From IMG/VR virus record IMGVR_UViG_3300042879_003514, positions 31,303-95,302 of that record: a DNA stretch of 64,000 nucleotides; one strand, written 5' to 3'. This document shows positions 7,368 to 17,832 of the stretch, one piece after another (position 1 is the first letter of the stretch; every line of letters starts with the position of its first letter). Made by a program: the position numbers and the translations under genes. The notes under the pieces are model-generated. The model saw only the letters and a program-made list of their open reading frames with translations, was not told the origin of the DNA and made no database searches. The stretch comes from a virus.

Positions 7368-9560
7368 ATGTCTGCTCTTCAAGAATTACAAAACTATACA
7401 TTTGTTAGTAAATATGCTCGTTGGCTAGAGGATAAGAACCGTCGTGAAACGTGGAAAGAGGCGGTTGAACGAGTAAAAAATATGATGCATACCAAGTATA
7501 GTGAATTTGGTATAGCAGATGATATTGATTGGGCTTATGATGTAATGTATAAGAAGCGTGTTCTTGGTAGTCAAAGAGCATTACAGTTTGGTGGCGAACC
7601 AATATTAAAGCGTCATGCTAAAATTTATAACTGCACAGCAAGTTATTGTGATCGACTAAGATTCTTTCAAGAATGTTTCTGGCTATTACTATGTGGTAGC
7701 GGCACAGGATTTAGTGTGCAAAAGCACCATATATCTAAACTACCATCATTAGAACACGATGTGGAAGATGGTAAAGGACGAGTATATTTAGTTGAAGATA
7801 GTATTGAGGGTTGGGCTAATAGTCTTGGTGTTCTATTGAGTAGTTATTTTAATAAACCGGTTGAAGAATTCAAAGACTGGAAAAATACTCATGTTATATT
7901 TGACTTTTCACAAATTCGTCCAAAGGGATCATCGTTAGCCAGTGGTGTTGGCAAAGCCCCAGGATATGAGCCACTAGCAAATGGTTTAGAAAAAATACGA
8001 GCACTACTTGATCGTTGTATTAATAATGGTCAAAAGAAACTAAGACCCATTGATGCTTATGATATTGTGATGCACAGTAGCGATGCTGTATTAAGTGGTG
8101 GTGTTAGAAGAAGTGCCTCATTAGCGTTGTTTAGTCCTAATGATGAAGAAATGGCCAAAGCCAAAACTGGCAATTGGTATATTGATAATCCACAACGAGC
8201 ACGAAGTAATAACTCAGCCCTCTTGCTAAAAAGTGAAACAGAGTTTGAAGAATTTAAGGTTTTAATGGAGAGTGTTAAGGAGTTTGGTGAGCCAGGATTT
8301 ATTTGGAGCGAATCCACAGAAATGATTTTTAATCCTTGTGTGGAAATTGGCATGTGGCCTGTTGATGAAGAAAGCGGTAAAAGTGGGTGGCAAGGCTGCA
8401 ATCTATCAACCATCAACTGCTCTAGCGTAACCGATGAAGATGATTTTTATGAAAGATGCAGAGCAGCAGCAATTATTGGCACTCTACAAGCTGGTTTTAC
8501 TAAATTAGAATATCTTGGTGAAATTAGCCAAAAGATTTTTGAAAGAGAAGCCTTGCTTGGCGTTTCTTTAACAGGCACAATGGAAAAGCACGAACTTGTA
8601 TTGACCGAAAAGGTTTTAACAAGGGGTGCTAAGATTGCTGTGGAAACAAACAAGGAATTGGCCAAAAAGATTAAAATTAATCAAGCGGCCAGAGTAACCT
8701 GTTTAAAGCCAGAAGGCACCAGCAGTAGTATGCTTGGAACCAGTTCTGGTATTCATCCTCATCACGCTAAACGCTATATACGCCATGTACAGGCAAATGT
8801 TTTAGAAGCACCATACCAGCACTTTAAGAAATTAAACCCACAAGCGTGTGAGAAGTCTAGTTGGTCAGCCAACAACACAGACGAAGTGGTAAAGTTCCCA
8901 ATTGAGGTTCCAGACGGAGCCAAATTAAAGAACCAATTGCCAGCAGTCGATATGCTTAAAGTGGTCAAAGAAACTCAAAAGAACTGGGTTCATTCTGGTA
9001 AAAATCGATCATTATGCACCCAAGATTATTTGAGTCATAATGTTAGCAATACTGTTACGGTCAAACCAGATGAATGGGAAGATGTTACCAAATTTATTTA
9101 TGATAATCGTAAATATTTTGCTGGTATTAGTCTTATTCCCCAAAGTGGAGATAAAGATTATCCTCAAGCACCATTCACAACTGTTTATACAAGCAGAGAA
9201 ATTGTTAAAGAATATGGTGATGCGGCATTATGGTGTTCTGGTTTGATCGAATTAGGCTTAAATGCTTTTAATAATAATTTGTGGGCCGCTTGTGATTATG
9301 TTAGTATGAATCAAGCAAAAGAGAATGATAGTCAGGATAGGTTATTATTTGTGACTAAAATGAAAAATTTTGCTGGTAAATATTTCAATAGTGACCTTAA
9401 ACGTCTAACATATTGCATGAAAGATGTTTATAATTGGAAGATCTATTGTGATCTATTTAATAGTTTCAAGAAGGTTGATTATACGCAACTATCAGAGACT
9501 GAGGACAATACAGTAGGAATTGAAGAAATTAGTTGCGCCGGTGGTGCTTGTCTAATTTAA
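7368..9560 (+). CDS. nrdJ: class II (adenosylcobalamin-dependent) ribonucleotide reductase, RTPR-like
   Basis: YNC, GGVRRSA, NPCVEI finger loop, CNLSTI, KPEGTSS, C-terminal CAGGAC redox pair; no NrdB nearby. Confidence 0.9.
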   Translation: MSALQELQNYTFVSKYARWLEDKNRRETWKEAVERVKNMMHTKYSEFGIADDIDWAYDVMYKKRVLGSQRALQFGGEPILKRHAKIYNCTASYCDRLRFFQECFWLLLCGSGTGFSVQKHHISKLPSLEHDVEDGKGRVYLVEDSIEGWANSLGVLLSSYFNKPVEEFKDWKNTHVIFDFSQIRPKGSSLASGVGKAPGYEPLANGLEKIRALLDRCINNGQKKLRPIDAYDIVMHSSDAVLSGGVRRSASLALFSPNDEEMAKAKTGNWYIDNPQRARSNNSALLLKSETEFEEFKVLMESVKEFGEPGFIWSESTEMIFNPCVEIGMWPVDEESGKSGWQGCNLSTINCSSVTDEDDFYERCRAAAIIGTLQAGFTKLEYLGEISQKIFEREALLGVSLTGTMEKHELVLTEKVLTRGAKIAVETNKELAKKIKINQAARVTCLKPEGTSSSMLGTSSGIHPHHAKRYIRHVQANVLEAPYQHFKKLNPQACEKSSWSANNTDEVVKFPIEVPDGAKLKNQLPAVDMLKVVKETQKNWVHSGKNRSLCTQDYLSHNVSNTVTVKPDEWEDVTKFIYDNRKYFAGISLIPQSGDKDYPQAPFTTVYTSREIVKEYGDAALWCSGLIELGLNAFNNNLWAACDYVSMNQAKENDSQDRLLFVTKMKNFAGKYFNSDLKRLTYCMKDVYNWKIYCDLFNSFKKVDYTQLSETEDNTVGIEEISCAGGACLI

Positions 9561-9585
9561 CAACTCCTATTGTAAAGGGTAAAAC

Positions 9586-10314
9586 TTGAGAAAAAATTCT
9601 AAGAACTCTAAAAATAAATCTAAAATTATTGACGCTACTCAAGAATTGGTTGTACATCAGCTTTATCGTAATAGATTAAAGCCAAGAAGTGAAAACCAAA
9701 AAGAATATATTAGAACTATAGCAGAAAGTACTATTATTTTTTGCCAAGGTTTGGCCGGTAGTGGTAAGACGCATATTGCCATAGGAATGGCTTTAGAATA
9801 CTTATTAGAAAATAAAGTTAATAGAATTATTATTACAAGGCCGGTATTAGAGGCTGGTGAAAAAATTGGTTATTTGCCCGGTACAGCAGAAGAGAAACTA
9901 CATCCTTATTTATTACCTATTATTGATGAAATTAATTATTTTATTTCTCATGCCCAGTACGCTAGTTTGAAATTAAATAATAAGATAGAGGTTGTGCCAC
10001 TAGGATTGATGAGAGGTCGTAATTTTCATAATTGTTTTATTGTGGCAGATGAGTGTCAAAATGCTTCGTATGAGCAGTTAAAAATGCTATTGACAAGAGT
10101 TGGAACACAAAGTAAATTAGTATTGACAGGAGATATCGGCCAATCTGACTTAAGCAGACATTTACAGGGTGGTTTTATAGATTTAATAAATGCTTTAGAC
10201 GGAGTGGAAGGTATTGGTAATTCTAAATTAGAATCATCAGATATTGTAAGAAACCCAATTATTGCTAAAATTTTATCACGACTAGATTCTTACGAAAATG
10301 GAAACCAAAAATAA
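9586..10314 (+). CDS. phoH: PhoH family ATPase
   Basis: GLAGSGKT, IGYLPG, MRGRNF, DECQN, GDIGQSDL, IVRNPII; TTG start. Confidence 0.95.
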   Translation: MRKNSKNSKNKSKIIDATQELVVHQLYRNRLKPRSENQKEYIRTIAESTIIFCQGLAGSGKTHIAIGMALEYLLENKVNRIIITRPVLEAGEKIGYLPGTAEEKLHPYLLPIIDEINYFISHAQYASLKLNNKIEVVPLGLMRGRNFHNCFIVADECQNASYEQLKMLLTRVGTQSKLVLTGDIGQSDLSRHLQGGFIDLINALDGVEGIGNSKLESSDIVRNPIIAKILSRLDSYENGNQK

Positions 10315-10882
10315 ACAGTGTTTGTTACTAAATTCAGATTATTCTCCACTTTCTATTATATCATGGAAAAGGTCTTTAATATGGTTGGTTAAATATGAAG
10401 ACAACCCAAGATATGGTATAGAAATTATTGATTTCTTTAAAAATGATTTTATCAATGGAACCAATAATAAAAAATATCCTATTCCAGCAGTAGCTAAAAC
10501 TCAAAGATTTTTTAGAATAAATAATCAACCTATAACATTTTCTAGAAAAAATATATACATTAGAGATAATTATACGTGTCAATATTGCGGCAATTCTTTT
10601 GATATTAAAAATTTAACTTATGATCATGTTATTCCTAAAAGTAAATGGAAAAATTCAATATCTTCATTAACATCATGGACTAATATTGTTACAGCCTGTG
10701 TTGATTGCAATAGAAGAAAGGGAAACAAAACCCCAACACAGGCCAATATGCCTTTAAAAACATTTCCTTCTATACCAACCAATAAACATATAAGATACTT
10801 GCCGGTGATATCTCGCTTATCTACTATAAAAGAGAACATTCCAGAAGAGTGGAAAATTTATTTACCAGAATCATATTTCTAA
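10298..10882 (+). CDS. HNH endonuclease (McrA-like)
   Basis: LLLNSDYSPL, RDNYTCQYCG, TYDHVIPKS, NIVTACVDCNRRKG. Confidence 0.9.
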   Translation: METKNKQCLLLNSDYSPLSIISWKRSLIWLVKYEDNPRYGIEIIDFFKNDFINGTNNKKYPIPAVAKTQRFFRINNQPITFSRKNIYIRDNYTCQYCGNSFDIKNLTYDHVIPKSKWKNSISSLTSWTNIVTACVDCNRRKGNKTPTQANMPLKTFPSIPTNKHIRYLPVISRLSTIKENIPEEWKIYLPESYF

Positions 10883-11271
10883 TGCCAACTTATTCATATT
10901 CATGCGATAATTGTAGTTCTAATTTTGAACTATTTTTTTATATCAAAGATTATATCGAACATCCAAAATGTACGGTTTGTAAAAGCAAAAAGACTAATAG
11001 AGACTATAATAAAGACGCTCTTACGCAGAGTGCTTCTGTAAGGAAATTGGATTGTGAACTTAAAACTATAGGTGATTTGGCTCAAAGAAATTCTGATAGA
11101 ATGAGCGATGACGAGAAAGCCAGCTTATATTTAAAACACAACGCATATAAACTAGAGGATAATCAAAAAGAATTACCTTCTGGAATGTCTAGAATGAAAA
11201 AACCCCCAAAACCAAAATGGCCTGGATCTAATAATCAACAAATAAAAAAGAGAAGAAAACCAAATGGATAA
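10882..11271 (+). CDS. FmdB-like zinc-ribbon protein
   Basis: MPTYSYSCDNC...CTVC; start coupled to the HNH stop (TAATG). Confidence 0.8.
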   Translation: MPTYSYSCDNCSSNFELFFYIKDYIEHPKCTVCKSKKTNRDYNKDALTQSASVRKLDCELKTIGDLAQRNSDRMSDDEKASLYLKHNAYKLEDNQKELPSGMSRMKKPPKPKWPGSNNQQIKKRRKPNG

Positions 11272-11635
11272 TATATTTAAAATTAATAATAAAACAGATG
11301 ATGTACTAGATTATGTATATTATACAACTCTGGGAGATCATGAAACGATTGATGATGACGGCAATCCCAGAATAGGTAATAAAGAAAACTGTCTTGCTTA
11401 TATAAGACAAAACGACAAAGATAAGCAATACTATATCAAAGTTGGTACATATGGCAAAATATATAATCCAATAGGATTGTTCTCTGAAGGTAAGTCGAAA
11501 AAATTCTTATCAAAAATTGGAAAGAACGAGTATACATTTAGTAAGGTTAATCAGAAGGTTTTTGATATGTATGTAAATTTCTTAAGAACAAAAAATATAG
11601 CATGGCTAAACAATGCAGAAAGGGAACTAGCATGA
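11264..11635 (+). CDS. hypothetical protein
   Basis: overlapping operon packing. Confidence 0.7.
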   Translation: MDNIFKINNKTDDVLDYVYYTTLGDHETIDDDGNPRIGNKENCLAYIRQNDKDKQYYIKVGTYGKIYNPIGLFSEGKSKKFLSKIGKNEYTFSKVNQKVFDMYVNFLRTKNIAWLNNAERELA

Positions 11636-11973
11636 AGAAAAACGAAAAAACGATTAATAACTATGCGGTTTATTATTTATCTGATAAGAATAAATCTATA
11701 AAAGAAATTTCTGAAGAACTTGGATTGACTTCCAAGATGGTGAGTGATATAATTTCTTCTAGGGAAGTTGAAAAAAATTCTGAGATAAATACCACATCTT
11801 CAAAGGTCACTAGTAAGGATTTAATGATCAGAGAAACATCAAATAAGAAAACCAAATCTGTTGCAATTATGACAAAATCTGCATCAGAAGTTAATGATTC
11901 TTTTAGACAAAAGATTAATAATACCACATCTAGGACTAGCAGAGATGCTATACATAGACCAAATAACAAATGA
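11632..11973 (+). CDS. putative helix-turn-helix protein
   Basis: KSIKEISEELGLTSKMVSDII; ATGA overlap gives start 11632. Confidence 0.6.
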   Translation: MKKNEKTINNYAVYYLSDKNKSIKEISEELGLTSKMVSDIISSREVEKNSEINTTSSKVTSKDLMIRETSNKKTKSVAIMTKSASEVNDSFRQKINNTTSRTSRDAIHRPNNK

Positions 11974-12380
11974 AATATATTTCAAAATACTCCAATGGTA
12001 AACACGTATCATGTGCTCAATATATAACAGAAATTATTTGTGAAAATAAAGCTAAGAAAGAAAAAAAGGACCTACATTATAGATTTTGGACTAATAAAGA
12101 ATGGTCTGCATACTACAGGAATCAAATTGCCACTGCTAATCAATTGCTTTTAAAATATGATGAACAAGCGATAATTAGGGCAATAAAAGCTAAAGAAGCA
12201 GAGAAAATTTATTCTTTGCGTGCTCCTCATCTTATTCCTATCATAGAAAAAGAAGAGAAAGCTTTGGCATTAGAAAATAAAAATTTATCTAAAGAATTTG
12301 ATCGATCAGAAAATAAAGTTTATAACACAAAAAACTTAAAAAATAAATCCATATTATCCAAATTAAAGGAATTAGAATGA
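11970..12380 (+). CDS. hypothetical protein
   Basis: ATGA-coupled ORF upstream of recA. Confidence 0.7.
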   Translation: MKYISKYSNGKHVSCAQYITEIICENKAKKEKKDLHYRFWTNKEWSAYYRNQIATANQLLLKYDEQAIIRAIKAKEAEKIYSLRAPHLIPIIEKEEKALALENKNLSKEFDRSENKVYNTKNLKNKSILSKLKELE

Positions 12381-13384
12381 GTTTAAAAGAGGATATCACT
12401 AAGCAATTTGGCTCTGATATTATTTTGAATGGTAATGCGGTGGTTGATAAGACAACATTAACAATTCCAATTAGTCCGTCTTTAGATATTGTTTTAAATG
12501 GTGGAATTCCGGAGGGTAGTTTTGTTGTGTTGACAGGGCAACCTAAATGTGGTAAAACGACAACATCCTTGGATTTTTCTGCTACAGCACAAAGAGATGA
12601 GTATGCTCACAGCTCTTTTAAAGATGGTAGAGAAGTGTATTACCTAAATATCGAAGGTAGATTAAAAAAGAGAGATTTAGAAGGAATACCAGGACTAAAA
12701 TTAGATAAATTTCATATTATAGGATCTCAAACGGGTAAAATTCTACATGCTGAAGAATATCTTCAAATAGCAGAAAGAATTATAAATGAAATACCAGGAT
12801 CGGTAGTTATAATAGATTCTTATTCTGCTCTGTGTACAGAAGCAGAAATTACAAGCGATATGGATAAAATGCAACGTGCTGACGGAGCAAAACTATTAGC
12901 AAAATTTTGTCGTAAAGTAGCAAATGTAATTCCAGTAAATAAGAATATAGTTATTGGTATTACGCATTTGATGGGTAATCCAACGGGATATGGAGCAGAG
13001 TTTAAAGAGAAGAGCGGTCAAGCTATTGCGTATCAAACAGATATTAAACTCAGAGCTAAAACTTTTAAGCCTTGGGTATTAAGCGCTGACAGTAATCAAA
13101 TAGGCCAAGAGATAGAATGGCAAGTTGTTTGTTCTGCTCTTGGTCCTCCTGGTGGGGTAATAACATCTTATATTAGATATGGCGAGGGTATAGATAAACA
13201 TACAGAGTTATTAACTTTTGCTGTTGATATTGGCCTTATCAATAAGGGCGGCGCTTGGTACACTTATGATAAAGAAAAATTTCAAGGTATGGAAAAACTT
13301 AGACAATATTTTGTTGATAATCCTCAAGAATATAAAAAATTAGAGCTATCTGTTAAAGAAACCATGGGTATTAAATGCAAATAA
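12377..13384 (+). CDS. recA: RecA/UvsX-like recombinase
   Basis: SLDIVLNGGIPEG, Walker A GQPKCGKTT, Walker B VIIDS, YGEGID, KGGAWY, KFQG. Confidence 0.9.
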   Translation: MSLKEDITKQFGSDIILNGNAVVDKTTLTIPISPSLDIVLNGGIPEGSFVVLTGQPKCGKTTTSLDFSATAQRDEYAHSSFKDGREVYYLNIEGRLKKRDLEGIPGLKLDKFHIIGSQTGKILHAEEYLQIAERIINEIPGSVVIIDSYSALCTEAEITSDMDKMQRADGAKLLAKFCRKVANVIPVNKNIVIGITHLMGNPTGYGAEFKEKSGQAIAYQTDIKLRAKTFKPWVLSADSNQIGQEIEWQVVCSALGPPGGVITSYIRYGEGIDKHTELLTFAVDIGLINKGGAWYTYDKEKFQGMEKLRQYFVDNPQEYKKLELSVKETMGIKCK

Positions 13385-13791
13385 AATCATTAGATGGTTT
13401 TATTCAAAACTGGCAACTTACTGGACATTATTCTCACGCTAATTTATTACACAAGTCTTCGCTTCATATTGAGGCTAGACAAGTAATAAAAGATAGTTAC
13501 CCTACTTTACAGCTTCTTGAAGAAGTTCCAATACCATTAAGAAAAAATGAAACATTATATCTAGATTTTTACCTACCTTTAAAAAAAATATGCATAGAAG
13601 TTCATGGAGAGCAACATTATAAGTTTGTTCCTTTTTATCACAGCAATCAACTTAATTATTTAAAATCTCAAAAGAGAGACAGAGAAAAAAGGGAATGGTG
13701 CGAAATCAACGGAATCAAATATATAGTATTGCCATATGACCAGAAGATTGAAACTTGGAGGGATATAGTTACAAATGACAATACAAACTAA
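13375..13791 (+). CDS. DUF559/Vsr-like endonuclease
   Basis: LYLDFYLP...IEVHGEQHY...RDREKREWC. Confidence 0.75.
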   Translation: MQIKSLDGFIQNWQLTGHYSHANLLHKSSLHIEARQVIKDSYPTLQLLEEVPIPLRKNETLYLDFYLPLKKICIEVHGEQHYKFVPFYHSNQLNYLKSQKRDREKREWCEINGIKYIVLPYDQKIETWRDIVTNDNTN

Positions 13792-14272
13792 AAACACATC
13801 GTCTGATCAAGTTAACTATTGGGATAAAGTTCTAGATGAATATGAGTCTTCTTTAGGCTTGCCGGCTTATGCAAACAAGGTATTACCAGAAGAAGAACTA
13901 AATCAATATTTAACAATGGATAGAAATGTTATAGAAAAATTAACACCAGAAGATTGTGCTCAAATATCCTACAGACTTGCTCAATTTTCTTTTCATATTC
14001 AAAGAACTATTAATAGAGAATTAGCAAGATATAACTGGGCAGAAGAGACTTTGAAAGAAACTATTGCTGATGAAATTAATAACTATAAAGGCTATGGATA
14101 TATAGAAAAATCTACGCAAGCAATTAAACATAACGAGAAGGCATCATCTTTAAATAAGATTAAAAAATACGCTAAACAGAGATCGGACAGATTAAGCTAT
14201 ATATCAGCATCGGTAAAAAATTTATCTGACATTATTCTATCAATTCAAAAAATGAAAGTTAAACATGGATAA
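13775..14272 (+). CDS. hypothetical helical/coiled-coil protein
   Basis: operon packing between recA and dnaB. Confidence 0.7.
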   Translation: MTIQTKNTSSDQVNYWDKVLDEYESSLGLPAYANKVLPEEELNQYLTMDRNVIEKLTPEDCAQISYRLAQFSFHIQRTINRELARYNWAEETLKETIADEINNYKGYGYIEKSTQAIKHNEKASSLNKIKKYAKQRSDRLSYISASVKNLSDIILSIQKMKVKHG

Positions 14273-14654
14273 TCTAACTAATCCAGAGCAAATTAAAGCA
14301 TTGATTCAAGCACTACAATCTCTTTTACCCAAAGAAGAATCCACAACATCTTCAAAAGAAGAATCCGTTGAAAAACCAAATTCTAAGGTAAAAACTAAAA
14401 CAAGACAAAAAAAACAAACTAATAATTCTACTAATAAATTTTTAAATATGCCAGAAATTAACATGTTTAAAAGCGATATAGAAATTGATAAAAAGTTATC
14501 AAGGTATCCGCCAACACCAAGAAATAGACAATATCAGCCAATAGAAGTCAAATGCAGATCTTGTGGTAAGCAAGAAGAAATAAATCCAGCAATCTTGCCA
14601 GACTCTGCTGATAGATATAGATGTAATAAGTGTTCATCAAGCTCAGGAGGTTGA
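14265..14654 (+). CDS. hypothetical protein with C-terminal zinc ribbon
   Basis: CRSCG...CNKC. Confidence 0.7.
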   Translation: MDNLTNPEQIKALIQALQSLLPKEESTTSSKEESVEKPNSKVKTKTRQKKQTNNSTNKFLNMPEINMFKSDIEIDKKLSRYPPTPRNRQYQPIEVKCRSCGKQEEINPAILPDSADRYRCNKCSSSSGG

Positions 14655-14658
14655 TTTA

Positions 14659-16125
14659 ATGATTTTGGCTGACCCGTCGGCAGAAAGAGCCGTATTGTCT
14701 GGTATCTGTAAATTTGGCGAAGAAGTTTATCTTGATATAGCAGATATTCTACAAGAGTCATCGTTTACCGTTGATAGTAATGGTATCATATTTAAGTGCA
14801 TCAAAGAGATTTGCGAAAAGAATCAATCTAAATCTATAGATATAGCATCAATTTATTCTGTTGCTCAAGACCTTGGAGTGTCTCATGTATTATCAAGAAA
14901 AGAAGAGGCTCAACATTTAAAGGCTATTATTGATTTTCCTGTTAATATAGAGAACATTCCCAAGTTCGCTGCTAAAATTAGAAAATTACAAATAGCAAGA
15001 TTACTGTATGAGCAACTAGATAAAGCTAAAGAAAAATTATTAGATGTAACTGGTAGCGAACCAGTAACAAGTATAATATCAATTGCTGAAGACACAGTAT
15101 TTGATTTTACATCATTAATTAATGATACAGATAATAATCCTGTGTGTATAGGTAATGATTTAGAAGCATATATTCAAAATTTAATTGATAATCCAATTGA
15201 TCAAGTTGGTATTCCTACGGGATTTCCTGTTTATGATCAGGCTATTGGTGGTGGTTTAAGAAGAAGCACAGTTAATGTTATTGCCGCCAGACCTAAAACC
15301 GGAAAAACATTATTGGTTGATAATATGGGATTTTATATTGCAAATAAATTAAAAATACCTGTATTGAATATGGATACAGAAATGACTAAAGACGATCATA
15401 TTAATCGTATTTTAGCAATGATAACGGAAACAGAAATCAATAATATAGAAACTGGTAAATTTGCAAATTCTCAAGACAAGAAAAAGAAGATTGAAAATGC
15501 TGTAAAAGAACTATTAAATACAAAATTATTTTATAAGTCTATTGCTGGAAAGCCTTTTGAGGAGCAATTGGCTTTAATGCGTAGATGGATTGTGAAAGAA
15601 GTTGGTCTTGAGGATGATGGAACAGCAAAGCCATGTGTTATTTTTTATGATTATTTGAAGCTTATGGATAGTTCTGGAATGAGTCAAGATCTTAAAGAGT
15701 ATCAAGTTCTAGGCTTCATGATGACCTCATTACATAATTTTGCAACTAGATATAAAGTACCGGTTGTGGCTTTTGTCCAATTAAATAGAGATGGTATTAC
15801 TAAAGAAAGCACAGATACAGCAAGCGGCTCGGACAGAATTATTTGGCTATGTAGTAATTTTACCATTTTCAAAAGAAAGTCTGATGAAGAAATTGCAGAA
15901 GATGGTCCTAATGAGGGTAATAGAAAATTAATTCCAGTGATAAGCCGTCATGGTGGTGGTCTTGATGATAACGACTATATTAATTGTCACATGAAGGGCT
16001 GGTGTGCAAAAATTACCGAAGGACGAACTAAACTAGAAATTGCTAATAATATTAACCAACAAAACACAAGTAATGGATTTATTTTAGATGACAACTCAAA
16101 TGACAAAAACATCCCCTTCGTATAA
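14659..16125 (+). CDS. dnaB: replicative DNA helicase
   Basis: AERAVLS, GIPTGF, AARPKTGKT, FYDYLKLM, QLNR. Confidence 0.93.
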   Translation: MILADPSAERAVLSGICKFGEEVYLDIADILQESSFTVDSNGIIFKCIKEICEKNQSKSIDIASIYSVAQDLGVSHVLSRKEEAQHLKAIIDFPVNIENIPKFAAKIRKLQIARLLYEQLDKAKEKLLDVTGSEPVTSIISIAEDTVFDFTSLINDTDNNPVCIGNDLEAYIQNLIDNPIDQVGIPTGFPVYDQAIGGGLRRSTVNVIAARPKTGKTLLVDNMGFYIANKLKIPVLNMDTEMTKDDHINRILAMITETEINNIETGKFANSQDKKKKIENAVKELLNTKLFYKSIAGKPFEEQLALMRRWIVKEVGLEDDGTAKPCVIFYDYLKLMDSSGMSQDLKEYQVLGFMMTSLHNFATRYKVPVVAFVQLNRDGITKESTDTASGSDRIIWLCSNFTIFKRKSDEEIAEDGPNEGNRKLIPVISRHGGGLDDNDYINCHMKGWCAKITEGRTKLEIANNINQQNTSNGFILDDNSNDKNIPFV

Positions 16126-17239
16126 TCAACATCAATTAAAAGTTATATGCGATAATTTATGTGATAATATCGATAGGCTGTTAGAAACTTTAGACCTAAC
16201 AGAAATTAATGATAATGGTAAAATGTATGTTGGAGAATGCCCTATACATAATGGAGATAACAAAACAGCGTTCAATCTCTATCCAACAGGAGACTCTTAT
16301 AGAGGCAACTGGAAGTGTAGAACACACCAGTGTGATAAAATATTTAAGGGATCTATTATTGGTTTTATTAGAGGCGTATTATCTACTAAAAAATATAATT
16401 GGCAAAAAGATGGAGATAAAACGGCTACTTTTAAAGAAACAATAGAATTTATACAAAACTTCTTAGGGGATAATTTATCTAATATAAAAATATCAAAAAC
16501 AGAAATAGAGAAAAAAACATTTTCAAATATTGTTAAAAATATAACTGAGGAATCATCTAATAATATTAAACAAAAAATTAATAGATCTAGTATTAGACAA
16601 TCATTAATTATTCCATCCGATTATTTTATTGACAGAGGTTTCGATAAGGAAATCTTAAATAGATACGATGTTGGGCTATGCAATAAGCAAGATAAAGAAA
16701 TGTATAACAGAGCTGTTGCTCCAGTATATGATAATAATCACAAATATTTAGTTGGATGTACAGGTAGAAGTATTTTTGATAAGTGCGAAGTTTGTAAACA
16801 TTATCATGATAAACAGAGGAGTTGTCCAAATAGTGAAGAGTTATGGAAATATCCTAAGTGGAAACATAATAAAGACTTTAAAAGCCAAAATCATTTATAT
16901 AATTTTTGGTTCGCAAAAGAACATATTCTACAATTGGCAAAAGTTATTCTTGTTGAAAGTCCAGGTAATGTTTGGAAACTAGAAGAAGCTGGAATTCATA
17001 ATTCTGTTGCTCTTTTTGGTTCAAACTTAAGCGATAGACAAAAAATAATGTTAGATGGATCTGGCGCTATGACTATAATAGTATTAATGGATAATGATGA
17101 TGCCGGAAGAAAAGCAGCCACGACAATTAATCATAAGTGTAAAAACACATACAATATTATAAATTTAAATATAGATAAGGCAGATGTTGCTGAGATGTCC
17201 ATAGAGGAAATTAATCAACAAATTAAGAAATATATATGA
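16088..17239 (+). CDS. dnaG: DNA primase (zinc finger + TOPRIM)
   Basis: CPIH...C...C zinc finger; ILVESPGN and MDNDDAGRKA TOPRIM motifs. Confidence 0.88.
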   Translation: MTTQMTKTSPSYNQHQLKVICDNLCDNIDRLLETLDLTEINDNGKMYVGECPIHNGDNKTAFNLYPTGDSYRGNWKCRTHQCDKIFKGSIIGFIRGVLSTKKYNWQKDGDKTATFKETIEFIQNFLGDNLSNIKISKTEIEKKTFSNIVKNITEESSNNIKQKINRSSIRQSLIIPSDYFIDRGFDKEILNRYDVGLCNKQDKEMYNRAVAPVYDNNHKYLVGCTGRSIFDKCEVCKHYHDKQRSCPNSEELWKYPKWKHNKDFKSQNHLYNFWFAKEHILQLAKVILVESPGNVWKLEEAGIHNSVALFGSNLSDRQKIMLDGSGAMTIIVLMDNDDAGRKAATTINHKCKNTYNIINLNIDKADVAEMSIEEINQQIKKYI

Positions 17240-17832
17240 CAAAAATTATAGCTTTTGCTGGGACCAAACAATCTGGCAAAACCACATGCTCCGAGGCTGT
17301 TGCTGCTTATTTTAATGGATCTTTTGAACCATTCAATTCCTCAAAAATATATAATTTTGCAGATCCCCTAAAAAAAGATGTTTGCATGAATATTCTTGGA
17401 TTAACATATGAACAGTGCTATGGATCAGACGAGGATAAAAACCAATTAACAAATAATTATTGGCAAGGTGTTCAACTAACCGCTAGAGAAGTCATGCAAT
17501 TTGTTGGCACAGATATATTTAGGAAAATGCAACAGGACGTTTGGGCTGGTGCAACAATACTAAAAATTAATAAAGAAAAACCACCATTAGCAATAATCGC
17601 AGATTGTAGATTCCCAAATGAAGTTGATGCTGTTAAGAAAGCCGGTGGTATTGTTATTAGATTAACACGCAAACCATTTAATTCTGATCATCCTAGCGAA
17701 AATGCTTTGGAACCCATGGTCTATGATTGGAAAAATTTTGATTTTATATTACATAATGCAACAATGACTATAGATGAACAAAAATCGTTTATTATAGGCT
17801 ATCTCCAAAGTAAAGGAATTTTACCATTATAA
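17236..17832 (+). CDS. deoxynucleoside monophosphate kinase
   Basis: GTKQSGKTT, FADPLK, REVMQFVGTD, DCRFPNE, HPSE. Confidence 0.9.
   Translation: MTKIIAFAGTKQSGKTTCSEAVAAYFNGSFEPFNSSKIYNFADPLKKDVCMNILGLTYEQCYGSDEDKNQLTNNYWQGVQLTAREVMQFVGTDIFRKMQQDVWAGATILKINKEKPPLAIIADCRFPNEVDAVKKAGGIVIRLTRKPFNSDHPSENALEPMVYDWKNFDFILHNATMTIDEQKSFIIGYLQSKGILPL

Noticed and set aside
10298-10882. HNH as an intron-encoded homing endonuclease
   Set aside because: Flanking genes are intact and overlap it, leaving no room for an intron; the type is McrA-like stand-alone
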